A stretch of 64,000 bases of DNA, taken from assembly GCA_041690395.1 (NCBI GenBank), contig JAWLHJ010000004.1, forward strand, positions 273,365-337,364, read 5' to 3'. The notes under the pieces were generated by a model that was not told the DNA's origin, did not search any database, and saw only the letters and a list, made by a program, of their open reading frames with translations. Position numbers and translations under genes: made by a program. This document shows positions 57,475 through 64,000 of the stretch, one piece after another. How positions within the stretch are numbered: position 1 is the first letter of the stretch; the number at the start of each line of letters is the position of its first letter. This DNA comes from Longimicrobiales bacterium. Its GTDB lineage: Bacteria > Gemmatimonadota > Gemmatimonadetes > Longimicrobiales > Gaopeijiaceae.

Positions 57475-59403
57475 TCAGTCGCCGTCAGGCGGCTTCGGCC
57501 GGCTCGGCTCGGCTCCAAAGTCGTAGACGAGGAGCGAATCGAGGCTTGTTCGTCCTGATGCGGTCGAGACGGTCGCCCGGGCCGAATCGAGTGCAGCCTG
57601 CATCGCCGCATCGTCACCGGCCCGCCGCGCGACCCAGGCGTCGTAGATCCAACGCTGCCAGAACTGAGCGACGGCGCTACGCTCGTCCGCCCGAGCACGC
57701 ACCTCGGCGGCCTCTTCCCAAGCCCCCCGGGCAGCGAGTGCCCACGCGAGCACGTGTAGCCGTGCGGCGTCTGTGCCCGATCCCTGAACGGCGAGTGCCA
57801 CCCGTGCGTAGCGCTCGGCCTCGCGAGGGTTCCCGAGCTCCGCGTGGATCCCTGCCCGAATCCCGTATGCAAGCGGATGATCGGGCCGTTCGCGGGTGGC
57901 GATCGCGAGAAGTCGGTCCGCGCTCTCCGGTCGTTCGAGATTCACCAGGGTCTGTGCCACGTGGACCAGCAGGCCGTAGTGTGTTCCTACGAGGTTGATC
58001 GCCGCCCGATAGGCGAACAGCCCCTGGCTGATCTGCCCCTGTCGGATGAAGTGGTCACCCAGGGACCATTGGGCCCTTCCCGAATACGGATGGTCCCGCA
58101 TCAACACCGCGAAGACCGTGTTATGGGTCCGCCAGTCGGGATTCCGCGTCCAGGTGCGGACGGACCCGGCGAGGAGCACCACCAGAAGCACGGCGGGAGC
58201 CATCCTGGGCCGATCTCGCGCCATCCGAACGAAGAGCCACCCCACGGCGGCCGCGAGCCCGGCCGATGGGAGGTAGAGCGTTCGCTCCGCCAAGATCACG
58301 CCAGTGAGAAAGAGAGTGTTCGAGATCGGCGAGATAGCGATCAGGAACCAGACGATCCCGAACGCCGCCACTCTGGCGGAGCGTGACCCAGGTCCGAGAT
58401 CGGCGCGCCGCCAGGCGAACCATGTGCCAAGGAGGACCACGAGTCCGAGCACCACGCCCGTCACGTTGGTCGCGTTCCAACCGAGGGAGACCGGGATGAC
58501 GTTGGGCGTGTAGTCGGACGAGAGGTCCAGCGGGAAGACCCAAAGCCGCACATAGTGAGTCCAGACCTCCCCGAGTGTCCAAATCTTGGGCACTTCGTAG
58601 AGAAGATCGAAACCGGCCGGCCCGATCGGCGCGCCAGCCCCCTGAAGGACCGTGGCCCGCGCCGTCAGCATGCTCACCGCAACGACGAGCATCACGAAAT
58701 AGACGCGCCAGCGCCGGGCGACGTAGGCCTGAAGCTCTCGGAATCCGATGCGCTCCTGGGCCGCGTCGACCAAGAACACGAGTCCGGCGAGCGTCACCGC
58801 CCCCTCCTTCGCGCCGAAGCCGACCGCGTACAGAACCCCGACGGCCAGCGCGCGTCGCCATCCTGTGCGAGGTCCGCTCCCGAGGTGGATGGCGAGGGCA
58901 GCGAGCACAGCGAGGGCCGCCGTGATCTCGGCCTGACCGACCACGTTGGCTACCGCCTCCGTGTGCACCGGGTGAACGGCGAAGACCAACCCCGCCACGA
59001 ACGCGATGCCGAGCGTCATGAGGCGAGCGAGAACCAGGACCAGGAGGCCCGAGACGGCCGCGTGAAGTGCGACGTTGACGAGATGGAACGGAAGTGGCGA
59101 TCCACCGCCGATCAAATACTGCAGTCCGAACAGTCCTGTCGTTACCGGCCGCCAGAGCGCGAGCTCTGGGCCCGCGGGGCCCGGCCAGTAGGGGGCCAGC
59201 AAGGCACCTGGAAGCCGGTCCCAGCTCTGGATGGTCGGGTTCCTCTCGATGATCGAAACGTCATCGTATGCGAAGCCGTTGAGCAGCGAGTTCGCAAAGA
59301 CGACTACCGCGACTCCGACGACAATCAGAACAGCTCGCCGAAGGGTTAGGGCGCGCAGCCAACCGGCAAACGCCCGCTCCGTCATCCGCATCGAGTCCCT
59401 CAC
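57475..59403 (-). CDS. TMTC/DUF1736-like GT-C glycosyltransferase with C-terminal TPR-like helices
   Basis: NGFAYDD, WRPVTT, FHLVNVALHA, FAVHPVHTEAVANVVGQAE, KE, PLDLSSDY, LAERTLYLPS, RNPDW then TPR-like repeats. Confidence 0.8.
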   Translation of the reverse strand: MRDSMRMTERAFAGWLRALTLRRAVLIVVGVAVVVFANSLLNGFAYDDVSIIERNPTIQSWDRLPGALLAPYWPGPAGPELALWRPVTTGLFGLQYLIGGGSPLPFHLVNVALHAAVSGLLVLVLARLMTLGIAFVAGLVFAVHPVHTEAVANVVGQAEITAALAVLAALAIHLGSGPRTGWRRALAVGVLYAVGFGAKEGAVTLAGLVFLVDAAQERIGFRELQAYVARRWRVYFVMLVVAVSMLTARATVLQGAGAPIGPAGFDLLYEVPKIWTLGEVWTHYVRLWVFPLDLSSDYTPNVIPVSLGWNATNVTGVVLGLVVLLGTWFAWRRADLGPGSRSARVAAFGIVWFLIAISPISNTLFLTGVILAERTLYLPSAGLAAAVGWLFVRMARDRPRMAPAVLLVVLLAGSVRTWTRNPDWRTHNTVFAVLMRDHPYSGRAQWSLGDHFIRQGQISQGLFAYRAAINLVGTHYGLLVHVAQTLVNLERPESADRLLAIATRERPDHPLAYGIRAGIHAELGNPREAERYARVALAVQGSGTDAARLHVLAWALAARGAWEEAAEVRARADERSAVAQFWQRWIYDAWVARRAGDDAAMQAALDSARATVSTASGRTSLDSLLVYDFGAEPSRPKPPDGD

Positions 59404-61538
59404 GGGGCCACCAAGCCAGCCAAAGCAGCGTCTGAGCCGATATCCGGACTCCAGATCAATCGCTCCCCCTCGAGGTACGGCATCGCGCGGGGAGCGCCGT
59501 CGGGCGTCGTCGAGGCCAGAAGGTACGGCGTCCGCTCTGGGAAGGCCTCCATTACCGCCCGATTGCGGCGGGGGCCAAGATCACGCACATACATCGCCCG
59601 GTCGCCGGTCTCCAAGCCCGGCAACTCCCCCTTGAGTAGCAGGGGAGCCAACGAGACCATCCCGAACCGGTCCGCCTGGAGATGCCGCGCGCATTCGGGG
59701 GTCAGTCGCTCCCCTGGGACCATCCGGACGTTGAGTGCCATGCTGGGAACCGGTCTCTGGCGAACGCCGGGCGCCGTGCCGGGCTCCTGACGGAGATCGA
59801 TCACCGGCAGTTCAGCCACCCCATAATCACTCCGGGCGGCTGCGGCTCGCGCCTCCGCGTACTCGTGCACCCGGCAAGTCGAGTTCCGGCGCAGCACCGA
59901 GACGATGGTGTCCGATCGCATACCGCCCTCTCCCTGGAGGACTGCACTCATACGCTCGTACCAGCCGGCGTGGACGAAAACCAGGGCCCCGTCCGCCCCC
60001 ATCTCCTCGATCGTGGGCGGCGTGATTCGGCCCAAGGTCTCCTCGGTCCACCTATGACTCTCCACCAACCGGGGAACGCCCCACGTCACGGCGACGACCA
60101 GCGCCAAAGCGGCCGACCAGACAGCGGTGTCCGGCCCTCGCCACGAAACGCTCGCGAACCGCGAGGCCGTTTCCTGCTGAGGGGGGCGGCGTGTGAGGTG
60201 AACGGTCCCGAGGACTCCCAGAGCAAGCCAGGCCGGCGCGCCTTCGTAGATCATACGGGTCGTGTGGAACCAGTATCCGGCGTTAGCGATCAGGGGCAAC
60301 GTGGCCCACATGACAAGGAAACCGGCTCCGCGGGGCAATGTCCGCGCGGAGAGGAGGTACAGCCCGACGACCGCGGTAAGGGGAACCGGCGTCTCGAGGA
60401 AGCGGATGCCGATCTCGAGGAAGTCGGTGGAGGTGAAGCCCAACGCCTCGGCAGGGCCATAGGGGGCGCCCCATGGGTCCATGTGGAAGCCGAGCCCGTG
60501 TCGATCACCGTATGCCGCTGAATAGCCCAACGTCAACGGATCGCCGAACAGCCGCTGGTTGTACCATCCGAGGAAGAGGGCGAAGGGCATCCCCCCCATG
60601 GCCGTGGCGAAGCATCGGCGCGCCAGACCATGAACACCGAACTCGGGCCGAGCCGGGATCCAGATGCCGAGCGTGAAGAGGGTGCCCAGAGCCACTCCTT
60701 GCAGAGGGCGGGACATGACGGCGAGTCCGATCGCCACGCCGGCGAGCACGGCCCAGGAGGCGGATCCGTCGCGGGCCCTCAGGGAACTATAGAGCGCCAG
60801 AGTCAGAAAGAGGCCCGCCGTGAGATGGCTGAGCGCTCCGCCCCCCAGAAGGACGACGAAGGGGCTGATCGCAAACAGAAGCGCAGCCAATCGAGCCTCG
60901 GTATCTCGCTCGGGGAGGAGCCGCGGCAACGACAGCACCAGCAGGAACGCCGTAGCGGCCACGCAGAACGGGCCCAGCAGGCCCGGCACGCCCAGGCGGA
61001 CGAGCAGGGCCATCACCACAAGATGAGATGGTGGGTATTGGGAGACCCAGCCCTCCTCCACCATGAGCGTGTTGGGGAACAACCAGGCAGCCGGCGTGGC
61101 TGGAAGCGGTCCCGCCAGCCGGCCTGCGGCCAGATACCGGGCATGCACCATCGACGCGATTTCGTCGACGTTGGTGTAGTGCCCCTCGTATAGGATCGTC
61201 CACGCCAGGAACGCGAGGCCACCCGCCAAACCGGCCGCCAGGAGACCCAGGGCCGGCCGTGACGGTGCCCGGGCGGCCTTCGCAAGGCTTTCCACCCACC
61301 CACGGATCCGATCCGCGGGCAGGAACCACGCGAGAACGGCACCGGCGAGGACGATCGTGATCGTGCCCCAGAGCGCCAGATCGAGGTTGAGCTCGCCGAA
61401 TAGAAAGCTGGCCTCCCGGAACGAGCTTCCCCCTGCCGAGCCTCCCAGGATCCGATAGATCGGAAGGAACGCCAGGGCCAGGAACACAGCTCCCAACCCC
61501 CGTCGCACCACCGTCGTCGCGCGGGCCAGCCCGCTCAT
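59400..61538 (-). CDS. PMT/ArnT-like GT-C glycosyltransferase (multi-TM)
   Basis: TNVDE acidic motif in first extracytoplasmic loop, SQYPP, ISPF...LSH, SRP, YNQRLFGDP; ATGA overlap. Confidence 0.72.
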   Translation of the reverse strand: MSGLARATTVVRRGLGAVFLALAFLPIYRILGGSAGGSSFREASFLFGELNLDLALWGTITIVLAGAVLAWFLPADRIRGWVESLAKAARAPSRPALGLLAAGLAGGLAFLAWTILYEGHYTNVDEIASMVHARYLAAGRLAGPLPATPAAWLFPNTLMVEEGWVSQYPPSHLVVMALLVRLGVPGLLGPFCVAATAFLLVLSLPRLLPERDTEARLAALLFAISPFVVLLGGGALSHLTAGLFLTLALYSSLRARDGSASWAVLAGVAIGLAVMSRPLQGVALGTLFTLGIWIPARPEFGVHGLARRCFATAMGGMPFALFLGWYNQRLFGDPLTLGYSAAYGDRHGLGFHMDPWGAPYGPAEALGFTSTDFLEIGIRFLETPVPLTAVVGLYLLSARTLPRGAGFLVMWATLPLIANAGYWFHTTRMIYEGAPAWLALGVLGTVHLTRRPPQQETASRFASVSWRGPDTAVWSAALALVVAVTWGVPRLVESHRWTEETLGRITPPTIEEMGADGALVFVHAGWYERMSAVLQGEGGMRSDTIVSVLRRNSTCRVHEYAEARAAAARSDYGVAELPVIDLRQEPGTAPGVRQRPVPSMALNVRMVPGERLTPECARHLQADRFGMVSLAPLLLKGELPGLETGDRAMYVRDLGPRRNRAVMEAFPERTPYLLASTTPDGAPRAMPYLEGERLIWSPDIGSDAALAGLVAP

Positions 61539-63667
61539 ACGGTGGCGCCTCGCGACTCCATCGTCCCACTCCGGCGCGCGAGCCAGAACACGACCAGATA
61601 GGCTGCCACCGCTCCGAGGCTCAGCATCCGCAGGCCCACGGCCATCGACGTGAACTCCAGAAGGCCGCCGGCCACGGCGCCCAGGAGGTTCCACCCGAAG
61701 GCCACCCCGACAGACTCCCGCGTCCGAAAGCGGAGGGCGAAGCATGCCGCCGCGAAGAAGATGGGCGTGCCCACCAGAAGCACGGAAAGAGCCAAGCGGA
61801 GCGGGACCGGGTGGCCTACGAGAGCGCCCGTCGGTACGACGAACGTCACCAGGAGCGACGCCACGAGGCCCACGGCGGCGGTCCGGAAGCCCATCGGCTT
61901 GAGCTCCATCAAAACGGTCCCCACCAGAATCATGGCAAGGATGGAGCCGAACACCACCGCGCTGGTGACCCATGTCGCGCCCCACACCAGGCTCATGGCC
62001 GTGATGAACTTGGTCTCGATGACGAGGAACGCGACGCCGAAGAGGAACATCTCCCAGTCGGCGCCTCCACTGCGCCCGAAGGCACGACGCATGTCCGGTG
62101 ACGCGAAGAGCACGGCCAGGACCGAGAGGGCCATGAAGACCGCCATGAGGGACAGGTAGAAACCACTCACCCCGGGCCCCGGAAGATAGAGGTAGGGCCA
62201 GTCGTCGGTGGGCATGCGCCCCACACCGACGGCACGTGCATCCTCCCCGGACACTCGGGTGAGGATCGGCCCGGCGTCCGAAACGTCTTCGAACGCCGGC
62301 CCCGTCATGTAGACGTAGTTGAACATCATCCAGTCGTCCGCCGCGACGAGAGGAGGCTCCCCGAAAGCAGACTCCAGAACAGCGGTGAGGTGCCGGTGGA
62401 TGTGTTCTTCCCCACCCACCATGAAGTACATGACGAGGCCCCCATCGGGGGCGAGGCGGCTCCGAGCCGCGTCTATTGCCTCCCTGGTGTACACGAAGTT
62501 GTCCAGCCGTACGTTCGAGAGCGCGGACAGTCGTGTCATGGAATCCAGCGTCCCGAACACCACCAGGTCGTACAACTCATCCGTGTCGTTCAAGTGTGAC
62601 CGGGCGTCCGTGTTGAGCACCGTCACCCGCGGAGAGCTGTATGGGTCGTCGGGATGGAGCTCGCGTCCGATACGTTGGATGATCGGGTCGATCTCGACCG
62701 CGTGAATCTCCGCCGCTCCCTCGTCGAGTAGGGTTGCAACGTCGTTGCCCGTCCCGGCACCCAGTACGAGAACTTTCCCGAGAGGTCGGTCCAGGAGTCG
62801 GTACGGGAGGTGGTATCCGTCACGTGTTTTCTGAAGCGGGTCGTTCCGCGGTCGCCCCAGTGAGTCCGCAGCCGCCACACCGAAGGCGAGCTGATGAAAC
62901 GATCCGTTCGTGTATACCCCGATGCCCTCCCCATCCCCATGCCATTGGCGCACGGAGAGCGAATAGTACGGACTGTAGATCTGGCCGCGCTCCGACCCGC
63001 TGACCAGAACCAGCAGCAAGACCATGAAGCCGGCGTACGCCAGCCCTGTTCGTCGTCCCCGTACGAAGAGGACGGCCGCGACCGCACCGAACAGAGCGAA
63101 CCAAACGGCAGGGAAGGTCCTTGTGAAGGAGGCTACGGCGAAGCCGATCACGCCGAGGAGTGAACCAACCAGATCGATGGAGTAGCCCCACAGTGCGCTG
63201 GACTGAGCGCGAAAGACGTCGAGACGTTGCGCGATCAGCTGTCCCAGTGGCACGAAAGAGACGGCGCTCAGGACGAAGAGCACGACGAGCGGCAGGCGCA
63301 CTCCGTCCACCACAGGGGCTCCTGGCCCGAGGTCGAAGTAAAGAAGCCACAGATGCTCACCCACCCCATTGTCGGTGAAGGCGATCCCGCTCATCAGCAC
63401 AGCGGCCGACACGACCGCGATGAGAGCCGGCGGCCATACCCACAGGAGAGAGCGACCGTGGGAGCGCAGCGCCCCGACGCCCAGGCCCAGGAACGCGCTG
63501 ATGAGGATCAAGTTCGGGAAGTATGCGACTACCCGAACCTGTACCGGGAGCCATCTGATGAGGGCCAATTCCTGGAACAGGACGACGAACGATGCAGCGA
63601 GAAGCTGGAGGCCCGCGAGACGAAGGGACACTCCCCCGCTCGGCCCCGTCTGGGTCTCCTGGCTCAC
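61535..63667 (-). CDS. Membrane protein with central spermidine-synthase-like SAM-dependent transferase domain
   Basis: LFQELALIRW, YSIDLVGS, YSPYY, VLVLGAGTGND, AVEIDP, DARSHL, TDDWPYLY, FGWNLLGAVAGG; GTG start overlaps GT2 stop. Confidence 0.8.
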   Translation of the reverse strand: MSQETQTGPSGGVSLRLAGLQLLAASFVVLFQELALIRWLPVQVRVVAYFPNLILISAFLGLGVGALRSHGRSLLWVWPPALIAVVSAAVLMSGIAFTDNGVGEHLWLLYFDLGPGAPVVDGVRLPLVVLFVLSAVSFVPLGQLIAQRLDVFRAQSSALWGYSIDLVGSLLGVIGFAVASFTRTFPAVWFALFGAVAAVLFVRGRRTGLAYAGFMVLLLVLVSGSERGQIYSPYYSLSVRQWHGDGEGIGVYTNGSFHQLAFGVAAADSLGRPRNDPLQKTRDGYHLPYRLLDRPLGKVLVLGAGTGNDVATLLDEGAAEIHAVEIDPIIQRIGRELHPDDPYSSPRVTVLNTDARSHLNDTDELYDLVVFGTLDSMTRLSALSNVRLDNFVYTREAIDAARSRLAPDGGLVMYFMVGGEEHIHRHLTAVLESAFGEPPLVAADDWMMFNYVYMTGPAFEDVSDAGPILTRVSGEDARAVGVGRMPTDDWPYLYLPGPGVSGFYLSLMAVFMALSVLAVLFASPDMRRAFGRSGGADWEMFLFGVAFLVIETKFITAMSLVWGATWVTSAVVFGSILAMILVGTVLMELKPMGFRTAAVGLVASLLVTFVVPTGALVGHPVPLRLALSVLLVGTPIFFAAACFALRFRTRESVGVAFGWNLLGAVAGGLLEFTSMAVGLRMLSLGAVAAYLVVFWLARRSGTMESRGATV

Positions 63668-64000
63668 GCCGGATGTCCTGTCTCGGCACTGGACGATCGT
63701 CCATCCGGCCGCGCCGGCCCCCGCCCCTCCCACGGATCCACCTCGGGTACCGTCCACCGCGGCACCCGCGGCGGGAACACGTTGTACTTGAAGATCGCCC
63801 AGAGCGCCGACACCCCGTCCTTCCAGCCGATCTTCTTGCCCTCGGCGTAGGAGCGTCCGTGGTAGCTGATCGGGAGCTCGTAGATGCGGGCTCCGGCCTG
63901 GGCCAGGCGTGCGGTGAGCTCGGGCTCGATACCGAACCGGTTCGCGGACAGGGGGAGGCTCTGGAGGAGCTCCCGCCTGACCATTTTGTAGCACGTCTCC
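63664..64000 (-). CDS. GT2 glycosyltransferase, Dol-P-Man/polyprenol-P-sugar synthase-like (C-terminal part; truncated by window edge)
   Basis: ETCYKMVRRE...RFGIEPELTARL...IYELPISYHGRSYAEGKKIGWKDG. Confidence 0.85.
   Translation of the reverse strand, partial: ETCYKMVRRELLQSLPLSANRFGIEPELTARLAQAGARIYELPISYHGRSYAEGKKIGWKDGVSALWAIFKYNVFPPRVPRWTVPEVDPWEGRGPARPDGRSSSAETGHPA

Overview
High-GC bacterial chromosomal segment. Gene style and synteny suggest Gemmatimonadota (Longimicrobiales-like); this is inferred, not searched. Bases 1-44 kb are mostly housekeeping: a complete F1Fo ATP synthase operon (minus); a MoxR/CNNM/gamma-CA/Zn-finger microprotein/CDF operon; prepilin peptidase, TrmH, thiD, PNP and a rhomboid; dnaK-degP; tRNA-Leu(TAG)-tig-clpP-clpX-lon-engB; and a minus-strand run pilMNOPQ-aroC-aroK-topA-trmFO-xerC-hslVU-argF-gcvT-mog-sigma54 activator. 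Bases 44.9-64 kb hold an extended type IV pilus locus. It has two paralogous minor-pilin cassettes (fimT-pilV-pilW-pilX) separated by an inverted membrane-bound spermidine-synthase-like gene, pilR/pilS-like genes, and two tandem major pilins behind a sigma54 promoter. Directly upstream is a translationally coupled operon: GT2 (polyprenol-P-sugar synthase-like), membrane SAM-fold transferase, PMT/ArnT-like GT-C, and TMTC/DUF1736-like GT-C with TPRs. This operon is the best candidate for an undescribed system: a lipid-linked, TMTC-type pilin glycosylation and modification pathway. No CRISPR arrays, IS elements or prophage genes were seen. All calls come from motif recognition by eye; no database searches were run.
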